A DNA stretch of 64,000 nucleotides, from positions 64,001 to 128,000 of the forward strand of contig CAVQUB010000002.1 of assembly GCA_963716725.1 (NCBI GenBank), written 5' to 3'. A model generated the notes under the pieces. The model was not told where the DNA came from. It made no database searches and worked only from the letters and a program-made list of their open reading frames with translations. This DNA is from an uncultured delta proteobacterium. GTDB taxonomy: Bacteria > Myxococcota_A > Polyangia > Polyangiales > Polyangiaceae. Of the stretch, positions 19,553 through 29,835 are shown piece after piece (within the stretch, counting starts at the first letter, position 1; every line of letters begins with the position of its first letter). The position numbers and the translations under genes were made by a program.

Positions 19553-22383
19553 ATGGAACTCCTCGAACGCCGCGTCTACCGTGGCCCCAGCCTCTACGCC
19601 CACTTCCCGGTTGTTCGACTGACGGTCGATCTGGGCGCGCTCGAAGACTGGCCGAGCGGAAAGATCCCAGGCTTCAGCCAGCGGCTCGTGGCCGCCATGC
19701 CATCGCTGCACACCCACACCTGCTCCGTCGGCTCTGCAGGCGGCTTCGTCCGGCGCCTCACCGAAGACGGAGGCACCTGGCTCGGTCACGTTCTGGAGCA
19801 CGTCGCCCTCGAGCTGCAACAGCTCACGGGCGCCAACGTCGTGTTCGGCAAGACCCGGGGCGAAGGCACGCCGGGCCGGTACCACGTCGTCTACGAATAC
19901 GAAGAGGAGCGCGTCGCTGAGGCAGCGGGAGAGCTCGCTCTGCGGCTCTTGCACCACCTGCTGCCGCCAGAACTCCGTCCCGCTCACCTGGGCGAACCGG
20001 ACCCCGCGGAGCCGGCCTTCGATTTCGAGAAGGAGCTCGTGGAGCTCATCGATTTCGCGCAGCGGCGCCAGCTCGGCCCGTCCACCGGCGCCCTGGTGCG
20101 GGCGGCGGAGGCCCGCGACATCCCCTGGATGCGCCTCAACGACTTCAGCCTGGTCCAGTTCGGCCACGGCAAGTACCAGAAGCGGATCCAGGCCACCGTC
20201 ACCAGCGAGACCCGCCACATCGCCGTCGCTATCGCCTCGGACAAGGAAGAAACGAATCGCATCCTCGGGGATCTCGGCCTGCCCGTCCCGCGCCAGCACC
20301 TGGTGCGAAGCGCGGAGGCGGCCGTCCGCGCGGCAACGCGCCTCGGCTTTCCCGTCGTGGTCAAGCCGCTCGACGCCAACCACGGGCGGGGCGTGTCACT
20401 CGATCTGAAGACCGAGGCCGAGGTGCAGCTCGCCTTCGAAAAGGCGAGGCAGCATGCCCGCAGCGTGGTCGTGGAGAGCTTCCTCGCTGGCTTCGACCAT
20501 CGCATGCTGGTGGTGAACGGCGAGCTGGTGGCCGTGGCCAAGCGCGTGCCCGGTCACGTCGTCGGCGATGGTGAGCACACCATCGCGGAGCTGGTCGAGA
20601 TCGTGAATTCCGATCCGAGGCGAGGCATCGGGCACGAAAAGGTCCTCACCCGGATCGAGCTCGACCCCCAGGGCGAGCGCTTGATGACTGCCAAAGGTGC
20701 CACCCGCGACACCGTGCTGCCGGCAGGCGAGATCTTCTTCCTCCGCGGCACGGGCAACCTCTCCACGGGGGGCACTGCCATCGACCTCACTGACGTCGTT
20801 CACCCCGACAACCGCGAGATGGCCGTGCGCGCCGCCAAGGCCATTGGCCTCGACGTGTGTGGCGTCGATTTCATCACCTCCGACGTCAGTCAAAGCCATC
20901 GGGAGGTCGGCGGAGGCATCTGCGAGGTCAACGCGGCGCCCGGGTTCCGCATGCACGTGGCCCCCACCGAGGGCACGGCGCGCGACGTCGCCGAGCCCCG
21001 TCATGGACATGCTCTTCCCGCCGGGAACGCCGTCGAGGATCCCCATCGCCGCGGTCACCGGGACCAACGGCAAGACGACGACGGCGCGGATGCTCGCGCA
21101 CATCCAGAAGATGAACGGGCACACGGTCGGCCTGTCGACCACCGACGGCGTCTACATCGACGGCGAGCGCACCGTCGCCGGCGACATGACCGGGCCGCAC
21201 TCGGCGCAGATGGTCCTGCGCGATCCCTCGGTCGATCTGGCGGTCCTCGAGACCGCGCGCGGTGGACTGCTGCGCGCCGGCATGGGCTACCGGAGCTGCA
21301 ACGTGGGCGCGGTGCTGAACGTCACCGAAGACCACCTCGGCTCGAGGGGAGTCGACGACGCTCGAGCAGCTCGCTGAGGTCAAGCGCATCGTGGTCGAGG
21401 TCACGCGCGACTGCGCGGTGCTCAACGCCGATGACCGCCTCTGCCTGCGCATGGCCGATCACACCAATGCCGCGCGCATCGCCTACGTCACCATGAACCC
21501 TCGGCACGAGCTGGTCCGACAGCACCTGCGTGCCGGCGGGCTCGCGGCGGTGCTCGAAGAAGGCATCAATGGGCAGATGATCACGCTCTACGACAAGGGA
21601 GCGCACCTGCCGCTGCTCTGGACGCATCTGATCCCCGCGACCATCGAGGGCAAGGCGCTGCACAACGTTCAGAACGCGATGTTCGCAGCGGTCATGGCTC
21701 ACGCCATGGGTGTGAAGATCGAGAACATCCGCCAGGGTCTGCGCACCTTCGATACGTCCTACTACCAGGTCCCCGGTCGCACCAACGTCTTCGACGACCT
21801 GCCCTTCAAGGTGATCCTCGACTACGCACACAACCCGGCGGCGGTGCAGGTGATGGCCGATCTCGCCCTCAGGCTCGAGTGCAGTGGGCGACGAGTCTGC
21901 GTGCTCTCCGCGCCCGGCGACCGACGCGACGAGGACATCCGCGCCATCGCCGAGATCGCCGGTGGCGCCTTCGATCACATCATCCTCCGACGCGACGACG
22001 ACCTGCGCGGCAGGGCCCCCGACGAGGTCCCGTCCATGATGCGCGATCAGCTCCTCTCGTCAGGATTCGCCCCGGAGCGCATCGAGGTGATCCCGGACGA
22101 ACACGCCGCGATCGACGCCGCGCTCCGCTTCTGCAAACGCGGCGACCTGTTGGTCGCCTTCGCTGACATGATCTCGCGCAGCTGGAAGCAGGTCATCTAC
22201 TTCAAGGCCGATTCGCGCGAGAAATCCAGCCCGCCCTCGGCCCCCGGAGCCGAGGGTAGCGCCAGCGGCCCGGTGTTCGACACGCTCGCTCGCCACCCGA
22301 CGACGCCCACCGAGCTGCTCGAAGGCGCCCACGTGATCCAGGACGAGCGCGGAGTTCGCCTGGCGCGCGAGCAGGACGACTGA
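19553..22383 (+). CDS. cphA: Cyanophycin synthetase CphA1; frameshifts near 20997 and 21357
   Basis: N domain HTCS...GHVLEH; LGPSTG; ATP-grasp KPLDANHGRGV, NLSTGG, EVNAAPG; Mur domain GTNGKTT, ETARGG, DYAHNP, PGDRRDED. Confidence 0.93.
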
Positions 22384-22395
22384 CCGGCGCCAGCC

Positions 22396-24104
22396 ATGCA
22401 GCTCGTCGATGCGCGCCGCCTGACCGGCCCGAATCTGCTCTCGCGATCGCCGCAGGTGCTCGTCGAACTCGCTTTCGACGTCGCGGACGACCTCCAGGCC
22501 GCCCTCGCAACCTACTCAACCGAGCTCGGGCGCATGAGGAAGGCGCTCGATCTGCCGGACTGCCCCGCTCTGAACGTCCGCGCTCACCTCGGCGGCGCTG
22601 TCATTGGCTACGACGCCGCCATCGACGTCATGCTCGCCTGCGCCGAGATGAGCGAGTGGGCCGCCCTCTCCGCCTGTGAGCTCGCGGCAGGGCGGATCGC
22701 GTTGCCCCTCGAGCCGAAGAGGCTCGAGATCGCTCAGCAGCTCGATCGCGATCGCAGCCCGCGCCTCTTGGCCTTGGACGCCGAGGCAGCGCGCCGCGGC
22801 ATCCCCCTGTTCTGGGACGACGAGGAGGTGAGCGTCGGCGCCGGCTCGCGCTCTGCGTGCTGGCCACGAGGGGCGCTGCCGATCGCAGCCGATGTGCACT
22901 GGCACAGCCTGGGCACGGTCCCCATCTCACTGGTCACCGGCACCAACGGAAAGACGACCTGCACGCGCCTCTTGGCGCGAATCGCCCGCGAGGCGGGCAT
23001 GCACGTTGGCAGCACCTCGAGCGACGAGATTGCGGTCGGCGGGGCGGTGATCGACACGGGCGACTGGACCGGACCCGCCGCCGCGCGCACCGTGCTGCGG
23101 CGAAAAGACATCGACTTTGCCGTGCTCGAGACGGCGCGCGGCGGGATCCTCCGGCGGGGGCTGGCCATCGCGGAGTGCGACGCCGCGTTGATCACCAACG
23201 TCAGCGACGATCATCTGGGCGGCTACGGCATCGATGATCTCGAAGCCATGATGCGTGTGAAGGCAGTCGCCGCCGAAGCGGTGCGTCCGTCTGGGACGGT
23301 GGTATTGAACGCCCACGACCCGAAGCTGGTCGCCCTCGCCGAGGGCTTGGGCCCACGCGTCGTCTTCTTCGCGGACCTCAGCCGCGAAGACCCGGAAGCC
23401 CGCGCCGTGATCGCGCGGCACCGCGCCAGCGGGGGGACTGCGTCCTCGCCGAGGGCGGACGGATCGTGGTGGCTTCGGGCGACACCCGCCGCAGCATCAC
23501 GGAGCTCGGTGCTGTGCCGATCACCTTCGGAGGTGCCGCCGGCTACAACGTCGAGAACGTCGCCGCGGCCGTGGCCATGGCTGGGGCGCTCGGGATCGGC
23601 GACGAAGCCATCGTCCGAGGTCTCACTTCCTTCAACCCTTCGGACAACCCGCGTCGCGGCGAGCTGCTGGAGCGCCGGGGCGTGCGTGTCTTGCTCGACT
23701 TCGGGCACAATCCGGACGGCATTCGAGCGGTGATGCGTTTGGTGCGCAGTCTGCGTGCAGACAGTCCCGGACGCCTGACCGTGATCGCAGGCGCCGCCGG
23801 CGATCGCACTGACCCCGACATCGAAGCGGTGGCGCGGGCGGTCCTCGACGCCGAGCCCGACCGCGTGCTCTTGCGCGATCTCCAGGGCTACCTCCGGGGC
23901 CGCGCGCCCGGCGAGGTGCCGCGACGCTTGGCGCACGCGCTGGCAGCCGGAGGCTACGCGAGCGCGGCCGTTGCGACCCTGGACTCCGAGGTGGCGGCGC
24001 TGCGCTCCGCCTTCGAGTCGGCTCAGCCCGGAGACTTCGTCGTCCTCCTCGCCTTCCTGGAGCAGGACGAGGTGCACGCTTTCCTCGGCGAGCTCGGCCC
24101 CTGA
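22396..24104 (+). CDS. CphA-related Mur-ligase protein lacking the ATP-grasp domain; frameshift near 23435
   Basis: CphA-like start RRLTGPNL; VTGTNGKTT already at about residue 180; ETARGGILRRGL, NVSDDHLG, NAHDP, YNVEN, NPRRG, DFGHNP, AGDRTD. Confidence 0.85.
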
Positions 24105-24134
24105 GGGCCGCTGCCGCGCTCGGCGCGGCCGGGC

Positions 24135-25307
24135 TCAGTCTTTCTGCTCCGGCGCGGGTGGGGCAACGCCCGCGTCGCTCTGGGCCGCTGCACCCGCGTC
24201 CGCCGGCGCGCCGTCCGCGTCGGCCTCCGCCGCATCCGGCGCCCCGGCATCGGGCGCTGCCTCGGGCTTCTTGGGAGCGAAGGCCAGCTTCACGGCGTCG
24301 GCCAGATCACAGCTGTTGACCTGACGCTGTCGGGCAAACACCGTCTCTTCACGGGTCACGGGTTTGTTGCCGAGCGCGATGAAGCGAGCGTCGACGCGGC
24401 GCCGCACGCGAGCCACGAGCTGACCGCTTTGCAGTTCCCAGATCCCGACACGGGCGAAGTGCGGCAGCCGCTGGACGAGCTCAGCCTCGGTCTCGCCGGC
24501 GTCACTGCGCGGGAGACCATCCGCGGGATCCTCGTCGATCACGGTCACGAAGAAGCGCGCCCGGGTCAGGATCTCGACGGCGACCGGGACGTCTTCTTTG
24601 CTGACACGGTCGAGGTCGCGATCGTAGGCCGCGATGGCCAGCTCGCTCGTGCTCTCGTGCAGCTCGTCGGTCCATGCCGTCGAGAGCACGCGCAGCGTGC
24701 GGTAGGCCAGGCGCATGTTGTAAGGCTCTGGCGGTGGCGCGCAGATGTCCCACTCGTTGCACAGAAACCCGGGCTTGCAGTCCGCGGGCGACACGCACTT
24801 TTCGCCCTGAGTCGGATCGGGCACACCCTCGCGCTGAAAGAAGCACGAGGTGAACCCGTCGTGAAGCGATCGCAGCGATGCCTTGCGGACCGTGTTTTCG
24901 TCCTTGGTGTCGGGAACGCGCAGCCGCAGATACACGCCCGGCGCCCTTTGGACTTGGGAGAGCGAGGCGGACTCGGCGATGAACTCGCCGGCAAAGCCTC
25001 TGCCCAGCTCGGTCACCCAACCCTCAATCTTGTCGCGGAAAGGCAGGATCTTGGGCCCCAGCGACTGAGCGACGGCTCGCTGCTTGGCCATCACCGCGCC
25101 CTTCTTGCCTTCGACCTTGCCCTGCTCGACCTTGTAGAAGATGACGACGATGGCCGCGATGACCGCGCCGGCCCAAAGCCAGAACTGAGGCGGCAGCGAC
25201 CGCAGGCGCACCTTGCCGCCCACGATTGCGCGCCGCCGCTCGGCGCGGGCCTCCGTCAGCGACGGTAAGCCGCGATGGTGATCACGCTGATGCTTCTTGG
25301 CTGCCAT
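24135..25307 (-). CDS. Single-pass membrane protein with a periplasmic Cys-rich module
   Basis: Helix FWLWAGAVIAAIVVIFY; CVSPADCKPGFLCNEWDIC; DAG-rich tail; co-oriented downstream of the left motor triplet. Confidence 0.7.
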   Translation of the reverse strand: MAAKKHQRDHHRGLPSLTEARAERRRAIVGGKVRLRSLPPQFWLWAGAVIAAIVVIFYKVEQGKVEGKKGAVMAKQRAVAQSLGPKILPFRDKIEGWVTELGRGFAGEFIAESASLSQVQRAPGVYLRLRVPDTKDENTVRKASLRSLHDGFTSCFFQREGVPDPTQGEKCVSPADCKPGFLCNEWDICAPPPEPYNMRLAYRTLRVLSTAWTDELHESTSELAIAAYDRDLDRVSKEDVPVAVEILTRARFFVTVIDEDPADGLPRSDAGETEAELVQRLPHFARVGIWELQSGQLVARVRRRVDARFIALGNKPVTREETVFARQRQVNSCDLADAVKLAFAPKKPEAAPDAGAPDAAEADADGAPADAGAAAQSDAGVAPPAPEQKD

Positions 25308-25389
25308 GGAACGAATCGAGCGCCGAGGCGGCTGCCCCGGCGCTCTCTCGTCGTGCTGGACCGATCAAACTCCCGGCCCCGGCAGCGGC

Positions 25390-25977
25390 TCAGTGGCCGC
25401 CGCCCTCGCCGCCTGGACCACCCAAGCGACCCACCATGAAGCTGATGTTCGGGTATCCCGCGAAGGCCGCGGTCTGGAACACGCTCTTGACGACCAGCGC
25501 GGGAACCTTCTTGTCGACCTGCAGGACGGCGACGCCGGGGAACTCCTTGCCTGGGTTGATCTGCTTCCAGAGCTCGCGCTTGTTCTTGAGGATGTTGAAC
25601 AGCTCATCGATGCGCTGCAGGCGGTTGGCTTCCTCGATGGCACGAGTGTTACCCGCGGCCACTCCGTCGACCAGGATCTGCGTGCCGGTGATGGCCACCA
25701 TGGGCGCCTCGGCCATGTCGAGCACGTTCTCGGCCTTGGGCAGCTGCACGTTCTTGTCGATGGGCAACTCGCCCGTCGCCGAGAAGCTGGCCAGGAGGAA
25801 GAGCACGATGCAGAGGAGGAAGTCGATGAAGGGGATCAGCGGGATCTCGTGGTTGGCGGCGCGATGCCCGCCGCCGACCACCTTCTTGACCACGAAGTTG
25901 AGCGGGATGTGGTGCAGGAGGCGGCGCCCCGGCACGCTGATCGGCTGATGAAATCGGGAAAGAGGTTTTTCCGACAT
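25390..25977 (-). CDS. ExbD/TolR family protein
   Basis: IPLIPFIDFLLCIVLFLL with the conserved transmembrane Asp; LQVDKKVP...TAAFAGY. Confidence 0.9.
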   Translation of the reverse strand: MSEKPLSRFHQPISVPGRRLLHHIPLNFVVKKVVGGGHRAANHEIPLIPFIDFLLCIVLFLLASFSATGELPIDKNVQLPKAENVLDMAEAPMVAITGTQILVDGVAAGNTRAIEEANRLQRIDELFNILKNKRELWKQINPGKEFPGVAVLQVDKKVPALVVKSVFQTAAFAGYPNISFMVGRLGGPGGEGGGH

Positions 25978-25987
25978 CCTGGTTCGC

Positions 25988-26554
25988 TCAGTTCACCGCA
26001 AAGGTGACGTTGAAGGCTGGGATCTTCTTGCTGGCCCCGCCGGCGGGAGGCGTCCAATCACGCTGCGGCTTGTAGATCGCGTCGATGACCGCGATCACGT
26101 CGTGGAACTGCGTCGAGTTGTCCGTGTGCAGCACGGCTTGATCGACCTTCTGGTCAGTCGGGGCGCGGTGGCTGCCGTTGGCGGTCCACTCCTCGATGAT
26201 CTTCTTGGCGAGGTCGGGGTACTGCGTGTCTTCTCCCACCTTCACCGGCTTGCGCTCGACGTCGATGGTGTTGACCACGGTGCTGCCCTCTTTCCAGACG
26301 AGCTGGAACTTCCGTTCGCCGCGCATCTCGACGTGGAGTTGCTTTTCCTTCTGCTGCTTCTCGACCTCCTCGTCGGGCTTTGGCGGCCCCGGCACCCGGG
26401 CGTCCGCGTTGATTCGAGCCATCTGGGACCAGACAGCCGTCACCAACAAGAACGCGACGAGGCACAAGAGGAAGTCGATGAACGGGATCAGCGGGATCTC
26501 GTGATTGGTGGCTCGACCTTTTCCATGTCCGCCACCCGTATCGATACCAGCCAT
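25988..26554 (-). CDS. ExbD/TolR family protein
   Basis: IPLIPFIDFLLCLVAFLL; LHTDNSTQFHDVIAVIDA. Confidence 0.9.
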   Translation of the reverse strand: MAGIDTGGGHGKGRATNHEIPLIPFIDFLLCLVAFLLVTAVWSQMARINADARVPGPPKPDEEVEKQQKEKQLHVEMRGERKFQLVWKEGSTVVNTIDVERKPVKVGEDTQYPDLAKKIIEEWTANGSHRAPTDQKVDQAVLHTDNSTQFHDVIAVIDAIYKPQRDWTPPAGGASKKIPAFNVTFAVN

Positions 26555-26592
26555 TTCAGCTCCTTCGACTGAGAACAGAGATCACGAGAGCC

Positions 26593-26620
26593 CGGGGGAA
26601 GGCGACAGGCCCTTCCCCCG
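26593..26620. other. Intra-operon stem-loop between the exbB-like and exbD-like genes
   Basis: CGGGGGAAGG-cgacaggc-CCTTCCCCCG perfect 10-bp stem with no U tract. Confidence 0.5.
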
Positions 26621-26635
26621 ACGCGCTCGAAACAA

Positions 26636-27295
26636 TCAGGCCGCTTGCTCCAAGCCCTGCAGGCTGACCTTCTGACGGTTCGCCACGACCAGGTTCAGCA
26701 CCTGGACCGACGCCTCGTTGATGTCGTCTTCGAGCCCTTGGGTCTTGCCGTTCAAGAAGGCGAAGCCGACGAGCGCGATGATGGCCGCCATCAGGCCGAA
26801 GGCCGTGCAGTTCATGGCTTCTGAGATGCCTTCTGCGAGAATGCGTGCCTTCTGGCTCGGATCGATCGATTCACCGCCGACGGCGCCGAACGCCTTGATC
26901 AGCCCGATGATGGTTCCGAACAAGCCGGAGAGCATCGCGAGGTTCGCGAACAGGGCCAGGTAGCCGGTGCGCCGGTTGATCTTCGGCATTTCTCGGAGTG
27001 CCGCCTCATCCATCGCGGCTTGCACTTCTTCGTCGGGCCGGTTCACCTTCACGAGACCGGACTGAACGATGCGCGCGAGCGGAGCGTTGGCCGCCGACGC
27101 CATCTTCACTGCCTTGGCGACGTCACCTGCCAGGATGCATTTCTGCATGGTGGCGAGGAACACCTCCTTGTTGATGGAGGCCCCGTACAGGTAGACGGCG
27201 CGCTCGGCGATGACGGTGATGCTGCAGATCAGCCAGAAGAGGATGATCCACATCGCCCATCCGCCGGCCTGGTAGTGGTGCCACATTTTCGACAT
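26636..27295 (-). CDS. MotA/TolQ/ExbB proton-channel protein (AglR-like)
   Basis: GGWAMW...IAER; ANLAMLSGLFGTIIGLIKAF; GISEAMNCTAFGL. Confidence 0.92.
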   Translation of the reverse strand: MSKMWHHYQAGGWAMWIILFWLICSITVIAERAVYLYGASINKEVFLATMQKCILAGDVAKAVKMASAANAPLARIVQSGLVKVNRPDEEVQAAMDEAALREMPKINRRTGYLALFANLAMLSGLFGTIIGLIKAFGAVGGESIDPSQKARILAEGISEAMNCTAFGLMAAIIALVGFAFLNGKTQGLEDDINEASVQVLNLVVANRQKVSLQGLEQAA

Positions 27296-27679
27296 TGCTG
27301 GTTTTACCTTCCCCTGTACTGTCGGGATTTTCCTGGTCGGTTGGTAACCCGCTCCGCAGATTCAACGGGGTCGGGACGCCACGGATCCGACGGCTTTGGG
27401 ACTCCTCCACGCGCCGGCCCGATTTTGGCCACGCCATCTTGCTGAAGCTGACCCGAAACAGTCAAGAGAGTTTGGGTGCACTGGCACGTTTCGCGCACCG
27501 GTAGAAAGTTGCAAGCCCCACGGATACCGCGGCGCGTCGTGAGGCGGCTCACTGAAGTCCTTCATCAAGTGGCCCGGCCGGCCCACCGCTCCCCCTCCCG
27601 GGCGCCGGGCCTGGGAGCCGCCCGCGAAAGTCTTCGGAACGTCAACAAAAACGCCTCCGCACCAGACTCGACCACGTGC

Positions 27680-27709
27680 TTGCACTCGCTTCTCGGCGGC
27701 GGCTATAGT
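27680..27709 (+). promoter_or_regulatory. Putative sigma70-type promoter for the right motor triplet
   Basis: TTGCAC-N18-TATAGT, about 60 bp upstream of ATG 27769. Confidence 0.4.
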
Positions 27710-27768
27710 CGCGTCCGCTTCAGCGGGGCGGTGAACGCCCGTGTGAAGACGATTCAAGAGGTTCAGGA

Positions 27769-28443
27769 ATGCAACTCTTCGTTCTCGCAGCGTCAGGCGC
27801 CTCCAGCCAGTTGGTCGAGGCTTTCAAGCACAACCCGACTTTCATGGTCTTGAACCTCATCTGTTCGGCGATCGTGTTGACGATCGTCGTCGAGCGGTTC
27901 ATCTTCCAGATGACGCGGTACCGAGTGAACTCGAAGGAGTTCTTCGCCCAAGTGAAAAAGCTGGTCACGGCCGGCAACATCGACCGCGCCATCAAGCTGT
28001 GCGAGGCGAGCGACTTCCCGATTCTCCAGCTGGTGAAGTCGGGGCTCACGCAGGCCAACAAGAGCCCGGACGAAATCGACGCGGCGCTCAGCGAGAAGCT
28101 CTCGGAGCTGAAGCCGCAAGCGGAGAAGCGCATCGGCGCTCTGTGGTCGCTCGCGAACATCGCGACGCTGATCGGGCTGCTCGGAACGGTGAGCGGTCTG
28201 ATCGCGACCTTCGCGGCCATCGCCGCTCCGGGCCTCGCGCAGGCCGACAAGCAGCGGATGCTGTCCAACGGCATCGCTGAAGCCATGTACAACACGGCGC
28301 TCGGCCTCGGCATCGCCGTCTGCTGCATGATCACTCACATCATTTTGCACACACGGGCCAAGGCTATTCAGCACGACCTCGAGGCCACGATGGAGCGGAC
28401 GTTCAACCTGCTGACCATCCAACAGCGCCCCGGCCAGTACTGA
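27769..28443 (+). CDS. MotA/TolQ/ExbB proton-channel protein
   Basis: IVVERF; ANIATLIGLLGTVSGLIATF; GIAEAMYNTALGL. Confidence 0.92.
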   Translation: MQLFVLAASGASSQLVEAFKHNPTFMVLNLICSAIVLTIVVERFIFQMTRYRVNSKEFFAQVKKLVTAGNIDRAIKLCEASDFPILQLVKSGLTQANKSPDEIDAALSEKLSELKPQAEKRIGALWSLANIATLIGLLGTVSGLIATFAAIAAPGLAQADKQRMLSNGIAEAMYNTALGLGIAVCCMITHIILHTRAKAIQHDLEATMERTFNLLTIQQRPGQY

Positions 28444-28459
28444 ATCGAGGCTTCGGCGA

Positions 28460-29023
28460 ATGGAAGCACCCGCCGTTCCGCTCACTGCCGCCCAGCGCGG
28501 CAGAATCCGCCGGCTGAGCCAGCCGCGGGAGCTCTCGCCCGACGAAGAGGGCGGTGAGCTCAACATCATCCCCTTCCTCGACATCATCATGAACGTGCTG
28601 ATCTTCGTGCTCGCGACCATCGCGGTCACGTTCACCGCGTCCATCGACACCACGCCGCCCGCTTCCCAGTCAGGCGGCGTGCGCAGCTCGGTCGAGAACA
28701 CAGCGCTCAACCTGACCATCTTCATCGTGAACGAGGGCTTCTCGCTCAAGGCGTCGGGCGGCAACATCGCGCCCGGCTGCGAAGGCGCGGGAGCCGGCAT
28801 CACGATCCCGAAGAAGGGCAACCTCTACGACTACGAGTTGTTGAACTCCTGCGCCGCGCGCCTCAAGAAGGCGTCGCCGGAGTTCGATGACGAGACGCAG
28901 GTCTTCATCACGGCGAACCCTGGCACCGAGTACCAGACCATCATTCAGGTTCTCGATGCCGTGCGCACGACCCCGCAAGGCGAGTCGCTGTTCACCGACG
29001 CCAACTTCAAGGTGCCGCGATGA
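28460..29023 (+). CDS. ExbD/TolR family protein (AglQ-like)
   Basis: GELNIIPFLDIIMNVLIFVL; ITANPGTEYQTIIQVLDAVR. Confidence 0.9.
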   Translation: MEAPAVPLTAAQRGRIRRLSQPRELSPDEEGGELNIIPFLDIIMNVLIFVLATIAVTFTASIDTTPPASQSGGVRSSVENTALNLTIFIVNEGFSLKASGGNIAPGCEGAGAGITIPKKGNLYDYELLNSCAARLKKASPEFDDETQVFITANPGTEYQTIIQVLDAVRTTPQGESLFTDANFKVPR

Positions 29024-29631
29024 GCCAACCGAATCCGCCATATCGATCGCAGCCGCCCAAGGGCAAGCCGTCCGTCGTCAGGTACAAGGCCGAGCTTCGT
29101 CGAGCCATCCGTCGCAACGCGATGGAACCGGAGATCAACTTCCTGAACATCACGGCGATGCTCGACATCATGACGATCATCTTGGTGTTCTTGCTCAAGA
29201 CCCTGGGTGAATCGAGCGCGGCCATCCCGCAGAGCGACGATCTTCGCTTGCCGGCCTCATCGGTCAAGACCCAGCCCGCGGACGAGGGCGTGGTCGTCAC
29301 TGTTTCGAAGAGTCAGATCCTGGTGGGTGACAACCGCGTGCTGACCCTTCCGAGCCGCGAGAGCATGGCGCAGACCGGGGTCGGCGCCCGTTACAAGCGC
29401 AGCGGTCCGAACGACATGTACATCGTGCCCCTCGGGGAAGCGCTGAAGAGCGCGCGACGTACCGACAAGCTGATCCGGCAGGCCAAGGGGCTCGACCCCG
29501 CGTCATCGGAGGCCATCATCGTGGCCGACCGAACCACGCCCTACCGCATGCTGATCGAGGTGCTGTTCACCCTCGGCCAGAGCGAGTTCGGCAAGTACCA
29601 CCTGATGGTCATTCAGGGCAGCGGCACCTGA
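29020..29631 (+). CDS. ExbD/TolR family protein (AglS-like)
   Basis: LNITAMLDIMTIILVFLLK; IVADRTTPYRMLIEVLFTLGQSEF; ATGA overlap with the upstream gene. Confidence 0.9.
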   Translation: MSQPNPPYRSQPPKGKPSVVRYKAELRRAIRRNAMEPEINFLNITAMLDIMTIILVFLLKTLGESSAAIPQSDDLRLPASSVKTQPADEGVVVTVSKSQILVGDNRVLTLPSRESMAQTGVGARYKRSGPNDMYIVPLGEALKSARRTDKLIRQAKGLDPASSEAIIVADRTTPYRMLIEVLFTLGQSEFGKYHLMVIQGSGT

Positions 29632-29835
29632 TCCGGGGCCAAAACGCCGTCGGTTGATCCCCCTCGGGACCACGTGCTAGACCCTCCGGAGCAGTCGCTC
29701 CTTGCGGGGGAGCGTCCCGGCAGCAGCCCGCTGCCCCGGAGGCGAACCACCGCGAAGACCGGCGCCGGGATCCCCCGGCCCGGACCCGAACCTGCCGCCG
29801 GCGAGACGCCGCGCGCTGCCTGACCCCCAAGCACC

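Noticed and set aside
27482..27496. Sigma54-like TGGCACG in the divergent motor intergenic region
   Set aside because: GG-N10-GC spacing holds but the TT before GC is absent; too weak to call
27670..29678. Shared GACCACGTGCT motif upstream of the right motor triplet and the pyrophosphatase homolog
   Set aside because: The same string also occurs inside a coding region near 56665, so chance occurrence is plausible
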